Shown here: one piece after another, positions 1 through 8,350 of the stretch
Numbering within the stretch: the first letter of the stretch is position 1
Layout: each line of letters begins with the position of its first letter
Source: Candidatus Coatesbacteria bacterium
Lineage (GTDB): Bacteria; RBG-13-66-14; B26-G2; JAUVZD01
Direction of reading: 5' to 3'
NCBI GenBank assembly: GCA_030602715.1
Contig: JAUVZD010000007.1
Span: 13,581-77,580, forward strand
Length of the DNA: 64,000 nt
Notes under the pieces: generated by a model
What the model saw: the letters and a program-made list of their open reading frames with translations, nothing else
What the model was told of the DNA's origin: nothing
The model's database searches: none
Program-made: the position numbers and the translations under genes

Positions 1-1140
1 TATAGTGAAGCCCCGCACCCGAAGAAGACCGCGCAGGGTGCCGGAGCGCTCATTGCGATATACCGTGCCCAGCTCAGCCAGGCGCAGGGGTAGGTTGCGG
101 TAAGAGCGCACCTCCGACTGGTAGATGATGATGTGGCCGGGGCAGTTCATCGGTCTGAGCACATACTCCTGCTCGTCCACATCCATGGTGTACATATTCT
201 CGCGGTAAAATTGGAAGTGACCCGAGGTGTGGAAAAGCTCTCCTCGCAAGATGTGAGGCGTTTTCAGAAGTTGATAGCCTTTTTCCAGGTGCTTCTCATA
301 CCAGTATTGCTCAATGAGATAGCGTAACATCGCTCCCTTGGGCTTCCAGAGAGCCAACCCGGCGCCAGCCTCCTCGGAGAACATGAAAAGTCCCAGACGC
401 TGACCCAAAACGCGATGGTCTCTGCGCTTAGCCTCCTCCAGTTTCTCCAGGTGACTCTCTAACTCCCGGGCACTGCGGAAGGCTATGCCGTAGATGCGGG
501 AGAGCATGGGGTTGCGCTCATCGCCCTTCCAGTAAGCCCCTGCCACCGACAGCAGTTTGAAATGTTTCAACTGCCCGCTTGAGGACAGATGCGGTCCCCG
601 GCACAGGTCCACGAACTCGTCGCCCAGGTAATAGACGCTCACACGCTCATCCGGACCCATCTCAGCCAGAAGTTCAACTTTCAACTGCTCGCCCCTCTCC
701 TTGAAGAGCTCTACGACATCCTTTTGGGACAGTTCTTCTCTGCGGAAGGGCACATCTTCGGAGACTATCTTTTTCATCTCCGCCTCAATGGCGACTAAAT
801 CCTCCTCGGTAAAGGGCTCATCCACCAGAAAATCGTAGTAGAAGCCGTCGGATATTGCCGGACCTATGCCCAACTGCGCCTGCGGAAAGAGCCTTTTTAC
901 CGCTGTAGCCAGAAGATGGGCGGCGGAATGCCAGAAGACCTCCATCCCCTCCGGGGTGCCATAGCTCACGAAACCGACCTCATCAATCCCCTCAGGAATC
1001 TCCAAATAGAGGTCAAAGAGCTCCTCTCCCGCCCGGCAGGCGACAGCATCTTTTTCGTCCACCTTTTCCGCCAGGGTGGTGAAGGTGCAGCTTCTCTCCA
1101 GGGAGACCTTGCCGTGTTCACGGACCGTAATTGAACGCAT
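1..1140 (-). CDS. thrS: Threonyl-tRNA synthetase (5' part, runs off window start)
   Basis: Manual minus-strand translation: HSAAHLLA, GPAISDGFYYDF, DLCRGPHL, GAYWKGDE, DHRVLG, KPMNCPGH, YRNERSG..RVRGFT; ATG at 1140 with AAGGAGG RBS. Confidence 0.96.
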   Translation of the reverse strand, partial: MRSITVREHGKVSLERSCTFTTLAEKVDEKDAVACRAGEELFDLYLEIPEGIDEVGFVSYGTPEGMEVFWHSAAHLLATAVKRLFPQAQLGIGPAISDGFYYDFLVDEPFTEEDLVAIEAEMKKIVSEDVPFRREELSQKDVVELFKERGEQLKVELLAEMGPDERVSVYYLGDEFVDLCRGPHLSSSGQLKHFKLLSVAGAYWKGDERNPMLSRIYGIAFRSARELESHLEKLEEAKRRDHRVLGQRLGLFMFSEEAGAGLALWKPKGAMLRYLIEQYWYEKHLEKGYQLLKTPHILRGELFHTSGHFQFYRENMYTMDVDEQEYVLRPMNCPGHIIIYQSEVRSYRNLPLRLAELGTVYRNERSGTLRGLLRVRGFTI

Positions 1141-1200
1141 CGCTACACCTCCTTATCGGTTGGATAGATTACATCCTTTCTTTCGAGCCCATCTTCCTTG

Positions 1201-1225
1201 AAAAAAACCTCCCTCGATGGGAGGT
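1201..1225 (-). terminator. Intrinsic terminator in the thrS leader (attenuator terminator)
   Basis: Minus strand ACCTCCC-ATCGA-GGGAGGT followed by a T run. Confidence 0.75.
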
Positions 1226-1251
1226 AGATATTCTTTCCCTGTCGAGTGCTT

Positions 1252-1287
1252 TCAGGTTAGGAGAAAAAAAGTTCGTGTATAAGTCAT
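1252..1287 (-). CDS. Putative thrS leader peptide MTYTRTFFLLT
   Basis: ATG ACT TAT ACA CGA ACT TTT TTT CTC CTA ACC TGA; 4 Thr among 11 codons, just upstream of alternative hairpins. Confidence 0.6.
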   Translation of the reverse strand: MTYTRTFFLLT

Positions 1288-1324
1288 CGTCGTGCCCCAT
1301 AGTCAGTTGATAAGAAAGTCCTTT

Positions 1325-1398
1325 TGGGCGATGCTGGACTTGAACCAGCGACCTCTTGCATGTCAAGCAAGCACTCTAGCCACCTGAGCTAATCGCCC
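1325..1398 (-). tRNA. tRNA-Val(GAC), CCA not encoded
   Basis: GGGCGAT acceptor stem, TAGCTCAGGTGG D-arm, CTTGC-TT-GAC-AT-GCAAG anticodon arm, GGTTCAAGTCC T-arm. Confidence 0.95.
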
Positions 1399-1410
1399 TG
1401 TTTGCAACAT

Positions 1411-1439
1411 ATATTATCAACTCACCCCAGTGCTGTCAA
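1411..1439 (-). promoter_or_regulatory. sigma70 promoter for tRNA-Val/thrS
   Basis: TTGACA-17nt-TAATAT on the minus strand. Confidence 0.65.
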
Positions 1440-1528
1440 GGATTTTCCCCACACTTTTATCCCCTTGACTTTGACCACCTACTGCCCTATCATCTAATAA
1501 ATTCTTATAACATTTAAAAGGAGAAACA

Positions 1529-2215
1529 TTGCCCGACGCAAGTCCACCCCATGAAGAAGAAACCCTCCAAAAACGCAGAGAACTGGTAGAGGAGACCTAC
1601 AACCGATTCCCCGAAGTCAAACTTCCTAAACTCTCTCAGAACCTGAAGTCCCTGGTTGAGTTTTACAACCAGCAGGTCAAAGACAGGAAACTCACCGTCT
1701 CTTTGGGCTACTCCCTGCTCTCCCAAGACCTGATGTATATGAGCAAGCGGGCATCGGTCGATGGTCGCCGCCGCCTTGCCCGACTCCTCTTTGAGGAGAA
1801 CCGCAAGATGCTCAAAAGAGCCCTCTCCGCCGAGCTTTCAGAGCGACCGTCACTCTCCCGGTGGCTTCGCCTGCTCCACCTGCGCTGGCACGGTATGGTC
1901 TCCGGCTACGGAACCCGCCCGGGAAGGCTCATTCTGACTATGTTTTTGGTGGTCTATTGGTGGGGCTTCTTCTTTATCGCAGCCAACTACCTGTCAATAG
2001 TGGGCAATTCCATGCTGGTGCTGGACACCAGCTATGCCTTCTCCATGTTCTCCTATCTATATTTCTCCCTGACCAACTTTCTCCCCCTCTCCGGCTCCAC
2101 TCAAGTGGTGCCCCTGACCTTTGGTGGGCAGATGCTGGTGGTAACTGAGGCGGTCCTAGGCTACATCCTCACCGCCTATCTGATGGAGCTGATAGTGAGG
2201 CGGAGTAAATTCTAA
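1529..2215 (+). CDS. Membrane protein with C-terminal two-TM ion-channel-like (Ion_trans_2-like) region
   Basis: GYGTRPGR, TM helix, YLYFSLTNF pore-helix-like segment, P..GGQMLV..EA.LG inner helix; TTG start with AAGGAG; TTGACT-17-TATCAT upstream. Confidence 0.6.
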   Translation: MPDASPPHEEETLQKRRELVEETYNRFPEVKLPKLSQNLKSLVEFYNQQVKDRKLTVSLGYSLLSQDLMYMSKRASVDGRRRLARLLFEENRKMLKRALSAELSERPSLSRWLRLLHLRWHGMVSGYGTRPGRLILTMFLVVYWWGFFFIAANYLSIVGNSMLVLDTSYAFSMFSYLYFSLTNFLPLSGSTQVVPLTFGGQMLVVTEAVLGYILTAYLMELIVRRSKF

Positions 2216-2242
2216 CCGCCCACGGATTAACTAAAGGCAATA

Positions 2243-2271
2243 TTGACAAAATACGGAATTAGTAGTAAAAT
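2243..2271 (+). promoter_or_regulatory. sigma70 promoter of the pgk2-cpgS-apgM operon
   Basis: TTGACA-17nt-TAAAAT, 6 nt before ATG. Confidence 0.7.
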
Positions 2272-2277
2272 AAACCC

Positions 2278-3468
2278 ATGACCAAGGAGAAAAAAAACTC
2301 CCACCCGGTAACCGACACCACTCTAGTTAAGGGCAAGCTGGAGAGCTTTCCCTACTCCAAGGGCATACTCTCCCAATCGCTACTCTCCGCCGGATTGACC
2401 CTTGACCAAGCCTATCAGGTAGCGCAGGAGATTGAGGACCAGTTCTACAATCGCAAAAGGAAGGAGATAACCTCCTCTGAGTTGCGAAAGCTCACTGCGA
2501 AGGTGGTGGCTAAGCGCTTCGGTGAGGAGCTTTCCCAGTCCTACATCTCTATATCCAGCGGCCCACGCACCATGCAGGTGCTCTACGAGGATTCCTCCCT
2601 GCCCTTCTCCAAAGGCATCCTCTCACAATCCCTGATGGCTGCCGGTCTCTCCCCGGAAGCCGCCTTTGCCGTCTCCGCCCGCATCCAGCGGAACCTGGAC
2701 CGGGACAAAACCCGCACCATCACCCACGACGAACTGCGCGGTCGGGTGAGCAAGGTATTGGAAGATGAGTTCGGGCGCACCTACGCCCGCAACTATCTAC
2801 TCTGGCGGAAGATGCGGGAGCCGGACAAACCACTCATCATCCTCATCGGCGGTGGCTCCGGCGTGGGCAAGACCTCCATCTCCAGAGAGCTATCCCACCG
2901 CACCGGGGTGGGGCGCCTGGTCTCCACGGATATCATTCGGCAGATAATGCGCATGATGTTCTCCCTAGAGCTTATGCCCTCGGTTCACATCTCCAGCTAC
3001 GAGGCTTTCAAGACCCAGCCGCAAAGCGGAATGTTTGACAATCCGGTCATCAGCGGTTTTCTGGAGCAGTCCCGGCTGGTCCTGGTGGGCGTCAAAGCGC
3101 TGATTGAGAGAGCCATCAAAGAAAATATCTCCATGATAATTGACGGGGTGCATAACATTCCCGGACTAATAGACCCCCGCCAGATACAGGGCGCTTATCC
3201 GGTCTTCTTCGTCCTTTCTACCGAGTGTATGGAGGCGCATCGCTCTCGCTTCATCAGTCGTGCCGAGGAATCCAACCGCTCAGCCAGCCGCTATCTAAAA
3301 TATTTCAAAAACATCCGCACCATCCAGGACTATATCATTGAACAGGCGGAAAAATTTGACATCCCTATGATAGACAACCACAGCCTGGATAAATCCATCA
3401 TCCAAACTTTGCGCCTGGTCACAGACAAGGTAGCCCAATTTGTGGACATTCCCCAATTCTCAGAATAA
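2278..3468 (+). CDS. pgk2: 2-phosphoglycerate kinase with two ATP-cone domains
   Basis: Two P[YF]SKGILSQSL ATP-cone repeats; P-loop GGGSGVGKT; STDIIRQIMR; adjacent to cpgS. Confidence 0.85.
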   Translation: MTKEKKNSHPVTDTTLVKGKLESFPYSKGILSQSLLSAGLTLDQAYQVAQEIEDQFYNRKRKEITSSELRKLTAKVVAKRFGEELSQSYISISSGPRTMQVLYEDSSLPFSKGILSQSLMAAGLSPEAAFAVSARIQRNLDRDKTRTITHDELRGRVSKVLEDEFGRTYARNYLLWRKMREPDKPLIILIGGGSGVGKTSISRELSHRTGVGRLVSTDIIRQIMRMMFSLELMPSVHISSYEAFKTQPQSGMFDNPVISGFLEQSRLVLVGVKALIERAIKENISMIIDGVHNIPGLIDPRQIQGAYPVFFVLSTECMEAHRSRFISRAEESNRSASRYLKYFKNIRTIQDYIIEQAEKFDIPMIDNHSLDKSIIQTLRLVTDKVAQFVDIPQFSE

Positions 3469-3477
3469 TTCTGCAAA

Positions 3478-4857
3478 ATGATCAAACTCCAGCTCCCCCC
3501 CAACTTAAGAACGCTGATCCTCGTAGATGGAAGCTACCGGCCGGATACCATCAGGGGGGCTCTGGAGAGCCTGACCGTAGATGAGCAGTATCTCATAAGC
3601 GGGTTGGTCTATCTAGGGGAAGGCGACCTCATTCCCCAGCCGGGGGAGGAACCCTGGGGCAATCTCACCCTCTATCCCCAAGAAGGGGAGTCTCTGATAG
3701 AGGTCCTGGAGCGGGGGCTTACCACTTTCAACCCGCAGATAGTTGTGGATTTGACCAGCAGGCCAAAAATAGATTGGCGCAGTCGCATGATGCTTGCCTC
3801 ACGAGCTCTCTTTCTCGGTTTTCCCTTCGTCGGTTCAGACTTTGCCTTATATCCCCCGCAACTTGAGCAAATCTCCCAGAAGCCGTCCCTTTCCATTATC
3901 GCCCTGGGCAAACGAGCGGGGAAGACCGCCCTCACCGCTCATACCGCTCGCCTTCTCAAGGAGGAGGGCATAAATCCCGTAGTCATCACCATGAGCCGGG
4001 GAGGACCCTCCTTTCCGGAGATATTTTTCGGCGCCGAGGAGATGCTCACCCCACATATGTTACTGCAGATAGCCGAAAGCGGGCGCCATGCCTGCGCCGA
4101 CTACCTGGAGAACGCCTTATTTTCACAGGTAACTACTATCGGCTGTCGGCGAGCCGGCGAGGGAATCTGCGGCGTCCCCTTCAAATCCATCGTCGTTGAC
4201 GGGGCTCTACAGGCAAACGACCTTCCTGCAGACATCCTCATCTTTGAGGGAAGCGGTATCTCCATCCCACCGATAAAATGCGACCGCACCATCCTGATTT
4301 TGCCGGCAACTTTGCCCTTAAGGGAGTTGGAAGACATCTGCGGGCTGTATCATCTCTGGTCGGCGGATATGGTCTTCATAACCCACCTTCAAAGCGCCAG
4401 GCCAAAAAACCTGCGCACTCTGATCAACTTCATCCGTAAATTGCTGGGCGAAATCCATATAATGAAACTGGAGCTGGAACCGCATCCTTTTGGAGATATA
4501 AAAAGTAAACCCATCTTCTTAGCCTCCACCGCTCCCCAAGAGGTGCTTTCCAGCCATAAAAACCTGCTGAAGGAAAAATATAAGTGTAAAATTGTCGCCA
4601 CCTCATCCCACCTTTCCGACCAAGAGGCTCTAATCAAAGACATTGAAGAGGCGCTGGGTTTGCCCCATCCCCCCCAGGTCTTGCTCACCGAGCTGAAGGC
4701 TCATGCGGTGGATACCGCCACCCGCATATTCTTGGAAGCCGACCGGGAGGTGGTATATCTGGACAACAGACCCCGCCAGGCGGCAAAGGTTGACCGACTG
4801 CCCAAAACTCTTTTGGAGATTGCAAAGCAAGCCATAGACTCATTTTCGGGGAGGTAG
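3478..4857 (+). CDS. cpgS: Cyclic 2,3-diphosphoglycerate synthetase-like protein
   Basis: GKRAGKT, MSRGGP, TTIGCRR, FEGSG, LLTELKA motifs; follows pgk2. Confidence 0.78.
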   Translation: MIKLQLPPNLRTLILVDGSYRPDTIRGALESLTVDEQYLISGLVYLGEGDLIPQPGEEPWGNLTLYPQEGESLIEVLERGLTTFNPQIVVDLTSRPKIDWRSRMMLASRALFLGFPFVGSDFALYPPQLEQISQKPSLSIIALGKRAGKTALTAHTARLLKEEGINPVVITMSRGGPSFPEIFFGAEEMLTPHMLLQIAESGRHACADYLENALFSQVTTIGCRRAGEGICGVPFKSIVVDGALQANDLPADILIFEGSGISIPPIKCDRTILILPATLPLRELEDICGLYHLWSADMVFITHLQSARPKNLRTLINFIRKLLGEIHIMKLELEPHPFGDIKSKPIFLASTAPQEVLSSHKNLLKEKYKCKIVATSSHLSDQEALIKDIEEALGLPHPPQVLLTELKAHAVDTATRIFLEADREVVYLDNRPRQAAKVDRLPKTLLEIAKQAIDSFSGR

Positions 4858-4858
4858 A

Positions 4859-6109
4859 TTGCCCAACGACTGTAAGGCGATATTCCTGATTCTGGACGGT
4901 CTGGGGGACCGTTCCTGCGACCAGTTGGGAGGACGCACCCCCCTGGAGAGCGCCTCCACCCCAACCTTAGACCGGCTTGCCGCCCAGGGCATTACCGGCC
5001 TGCTGGACCCTCTAGCACCAGGCATTCGGGTGAGCACTGATGTCGGCTGTTTAGCCCTCTTCGGTTACAACCCCCTGAAGACCTACTGGGGGCGGGGACC
5101 TATTGAAGCCGCCGGCGTGGACTTGAAACTCAAGAGGGGAGATGTCGCCTTGAGGGCGAACTTCTCCACCATAAACGAGGAGGGGATAATCGTTGACCGC
5201 CGGGCGGGGCGCATACGAGAGGGGACCGAGGAGCTGGCAAAGGCTCTGGATGGACTAAAGCTGGGTAAGGGGGTGAAGAGCAAGTTTCGGGCCGGGACCG
5301 AGCACCGAGGGGTGTTGGTGCTCTGTGGCGACAATCTCTCGGCGGAGATAAGCGACTCCGACCCGGGAGTAAACCGTGAGGGAGAACCCATCCACGAGGT
5401 CAAGCCCAAGGAGGGGACCGATAGCGCCAAGAATACCGCCAAAAGACTGAACAAGTTCCTGAAACAGGCTTCTGAAATACTCGCCGACCACCCGGTCAAC
5501 CTGCGAAGGATGGAGCAGGACTTACCCCCAGCCAATGCGGTCATCACCAGAGGAGCGGGGATGGGCTTGCAGATTCCCTCGGTCACCGACCGCTTTAATA
5601 TCAACGCCGCCTGCGTAGCCTGCGAGACGACAGTATTGGGTGTAGCCAAACTGGCTGGTTTCGCCACTTTCACCGGTGCTGGTATGACCGCCAACCTGGA
5701 TACCGACCTGAAGGTCAAGGCTAAACTTATCCTGAAGGCGCTTGAGGACTACCAACTGGTCATCTGCCACATCAAAGGAACCGATATCGCGGGTCACGAC
5801 GGCGACGCCCGCAAAAAGGCTGACTTTATCGGGCGGATAGACGATATGCTGGAGGAATTACTGGAAAACTACGACTGTGAGAAGACCTACATCGCCGTCT
5901 CCGCCGACCATTCAACCCCCTGTAGAATCCGAGAGCACACCGCCGACCCGGTGCCCACCCTCATCTGGGGCTACGACATTCTACCCGACAAAGTAACCGC
6001 CTTCCACGAAAGAGCCTGCTACCAGGGCGGACTGAGCCGTATCACCGCCAACGGCTTGCTTTTGACCATAATGGATTATCTGGGAGCGACCTACCGCTTC
6101 GGCTCTTAG
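4859..6109 (+). CDS. apgM: 2,3-bisphosphoglycerate-independent phosphoglycerate mutase, archaeal type
   Basis: ILDGLGD, TPLE, GRGPIEAAG, DRRAGRI, HIKGTDIAGHDG, ADHSTP, HTADPVP. Confidence 0.9.
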   Translation: MPNDCKAIFLILDGLGDRSCDQLGGRTPLESASTPTLDRLAAQGITGLLDPLAPGIRVSTDVGCLALFGYNPLKTYWGRGPIEAAGVDLKLKRGDVALRANFSTINEEGIIVDRRAGRIREGTEELAKALDGLKLGKGVKSKFRAGTEHRGVLVLCGDNLSAEISDSDPGVNREGEPIHEVKPKEGTDSAKNTAKRLNKFLKQASEILADHPVNLRRMEQDLPPANAVITRGAGMGLQIPSVTDRFNINAACVACETTVLGVAKLAGFATFTGAGMTANLDTDLKVKAKLILKALEDYQLVICHIKGTDIAGHDGDARKKADFIGRIDDMLEELLENYDCEKTYIAVSADHSTPCRIREHTADPVPTLIWGYDILPDKVTAFHERACYQGGLSRITANGLLLTIMDYLGATYRFGS

Positions 6110-6196
6110 ATAAGGATTGGGTTATTTCCCCTTGACAGTTTATGTTTTTAAATCTACAATATCATTTAATAGAATTTTAACTGTCCTCATCCCCCT

Positions 6197-6712
6197 ATGC
6201 GCTCATCCAAGACAGCTATTGCAAATAAAAAGGGCAAAGATATAACCGTCAGCCGGGTGATGAACACCTCGCCCATCACCATCCGACCCAAGACGCCCAT
6301 AAACAGGTTGTTGGAGATACTCCGTGCCAAAGCGGTTACCTCCATCCCCGTGGTGGATGATGAGGGCATGCTGGTGGGAGTGGTCACCGAGAAGGATGTG
6401 GTGGTAGCCATAAGCCAGGCTAAGGACGGCGAAATGAGCGTCCACCAGCAGGTCGCTGACTTAATAAGCCCCCCTATCTCCCTGGATGAAAAGGAGGCGC
6501 TCAGCCGCCGCTTCAACCTGGTGGAGGAGGTGATGACCACCGATGTGGTCGTCGTCACCCCGCATGACACCATCTCCAAAGCGGTCAATCTGATGGCTGG
6601 GAATCAATATCACCTGCTCCCGGTGGTGGCGGATAAAACCAACCCCCCTCTGGAGCAAAAACTCATCGGCACCATTGAGAGCCTGGACATTTTAAAAGCG
6701 CTGTTGGGCTGA
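6197..6712 (+). CDS. CBS-domain protein
   Basis: Two CBS repeats (IPVVDDEGMLVGVVTEKD; LLPVV..LIGTI); own promoter TTGACA-17-TACAAT at 6132-6160. Confidence 0.85.
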   Translation: MRSSKTAIANKKGKDITVSRVMNTSPITIRPKTPINRLLEILRAKAVTSIPVVDDEGMLVGVVTEKDVVVAISQAKDGEMSVHQQVADLISPPISLDEKEALSRRFNLVEEVMTTDVVVVTPHDTISKAVNLMAGNQYHLLPVVADKTNPPLEQKLIGTIESLDILKALLG

Positions 6713-6778
6713 CAGATTGCTCATCCAAACATCAACCATACATCCAGAATCCAAAACAGTTTTCGGAGGTGAATTGTA

Positions 6779-7513
6779 GTGGGAATCATTGAACGGATAA
6801 AGACCATCATTCGGGCAAACATAAATGACCTGATAAGCAAGGCTGAGGACCCGGAGAAAATCCTCAATCAGCTCATCCTGGATATGCGAGAGAGCTATGA
6901 CGAGGCAAAACAGCAGGTTAAGGTAGCCATCGCCGACGAGAAGATACTTACCAACAAACACGAAGAAGTAACCGAGAAGGTGGAACATTACAAGTCTGGA
7001 GCTGAGAAAGCCCTGAAGAAGGGCGACGAGGAGCTGGCGCGCAAAGCCCTTGCCCGCAAGATAGAGGTAGGGAAGTTGGCGGAGGAATACCGCTTGCAGC
7101 TGGATAAACAGCGCCAGGCGGTAGAGATTCTGAAGTCGGGGCTTATCGCGCTTGACAACAAGATAGACGAGGCAAAGCGCAAGAAGGACCTGCTCATCGC
7201 CCGTGCTGCTCGGGCTGAGGCGGCAAAGACCATAAGCGAGACCCTGGAACAGATCACCGTGGACAGCGGTCCCTTTGAAGCCTTTGAGCGGATGTCAGAT
7301 AAGGTGGAGGCTATTGAAGCCAGCGCTGAAGCATCAACGGAGATAGCCGCCCTGGAGGCGAAGAGGGTCTCCCTGGACGAGGAGCTGGAGGCTCTGGGGG
7401 ATGTGGATGTGGAGGACGAATTATTGGTTCTGAAGGCGGAGATGGGTCTGGAGAAGCCCAAGGAGCTTCCGCCCGAGGAGAAGACCGAGGAGCTACCACC
7501 CTCATCCGAATAA
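6779..7513 (+). CDS. pspA: PspA/IM30 (Vipp1) family protein
   Basis: MGIIERIKTIIRANINDLISKAEDPEKIL, GDEELARKAL, AFERMSDKV. Confidence 0.93.
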   Translation: MGIIERIKTIIRANINDLISKAEDPEKILNQLILDMRESYDEAKQQVKVAIADEKILTNKHEEVTEKVEHYKSGAEKALKKGDEELARKALARKIEVGKLAEEYRLQLDKQRQAVEILKSGLIALDNKIDEAKRKKDLLIARAARAEAAKTISETLEQITVDSGPFEAFERMSDKVEAIEASAEASTEIAALEAKRVSLDEELEALGDVDVEDELLVLKAEMGLEKPKELPPEEKTEELPPSSE

Positions 7514-7532
7514 ACGAGTTTCATCAACAACA

Positions 7533-7570
7533 CCCCCGGGGGAAGTGGACTATTACCCCGGGGGGATTTT
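7533..7570 (+). terminator. Hairpin/terminator after pspA
   Basis: CCCCCGGGG...CCCCGGGGGG followed by ATTTT. Confidence 0.5.
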
Positions 7571-7629
7571 CAAGTCGGTTTTCAGGTTTAGAATCGTCCC
7601 ATTTGACCACCAATCCGGGGGAATTGGAT

Positions 7630-8262
7630 ATGTTCTTTTTATATCTCTTCCACGCTCTCATCAAACCAGGCAACATCTTTCTCTATCTTTTCATCTCGCT
7701 GGTGGCTCTGATCTTCAGCTTCTTTTCACCCGCCGGCTTGTTCATCTTCCTGGGGGGAAGCGCGGTATATGCAGCACTGGTGGGGGTAACCATCGCCAAC
7801 CGGGATTTCCGTCTGAAGATCGCCCACCGGGAACGCCTGCGCAAGATAAGCTACGGCTGGCGCAAGAAGGCTCGGCTGATAATTGAAAAGATCAGCAAGA
7901 TAGATGAACTGACCAAACGGGCCGACCCCTCGGTGCGCGGCAGACTTACCGAGGCGCACATGTATCTGGAACGGATGCAGGAGCAGGCGATCAACCTCAT
8001 AGAGACCATCAGCAAGGTGGAGGAGGCACAGAAGCTGACCCCCTCCGAAAAACAGGTTCAAATGAAGGAGACCAAATCCCGCCTCACCCAGCAGATATAT
8101 AAACTGGAGAGTGGCTTGGATGATGTCACCAGCAACATCATAGGCGTCCTGAGCGCCGATGCTATGGACTCCTCCGCCCAACTGGCATCCATCAACAAAG
8201 ACATCAAAGCCCTATCCGAGGGCATCTCCGCCGCCAGGGAGGAGCTCGCGGCGCTGGAGTAG
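7630..8262 (+). CDS. Hypothetical protein with N-terminal TM helices and coiled coil (possible PspA partner)
   Basis: Two hydrophobic helices then a long heptad-rich region; ATG at 7630 preferred over TTG 7603. Confidence 0.65.
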   Translation: MFFLYLFHALIKPGNIFLYLFISLVALIFSFFSPAGLFIFLGGSAVYAALVGVTIANRDFRLKIAHRERLRKISYGWRKKARLIIEKISKIDELTKRADPSVRGRLTEAHMYLERMQEQAINLIETISKVEEAQKLTPSEKQVQMKETKSRLTQQIYKLESGLDDVTSNIIGVLSADAMDSSAQLASINKDIKALSEGISAAREELAALE

Positions 8263-8350
8263 AAACTGATATAGATAGGCATAAAGCAAAAAAGTTAGTA
8301 AAAAACCCAAATAAGATATTTGCAAACCACAAAAATGGAGGTTGTGTAAT

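Noticed and set aside
1141-1324. T-box riboswitch upstream of thrS
   Set aside because: No GGTGGNACC antiterminator motif; a leader-peptide attenuator fits better.
1169-1366. 65-aa minus-strand ORF
   Set aside because: Overlaps tRNA-Val and the terminator; spurious.
6706-6721. sigma54 promoter before pspA (GGGCTGACAGATTGCT)
   Set aside because: Spacing fits but the -24 element is a poor match to TGGCAC.
7533-7570. ATTACCCC-containing hairpins (also 43929 and 63366) as a REP family
   Set aside because: Similarity is short and low-complexity; all three are explained as terminators.
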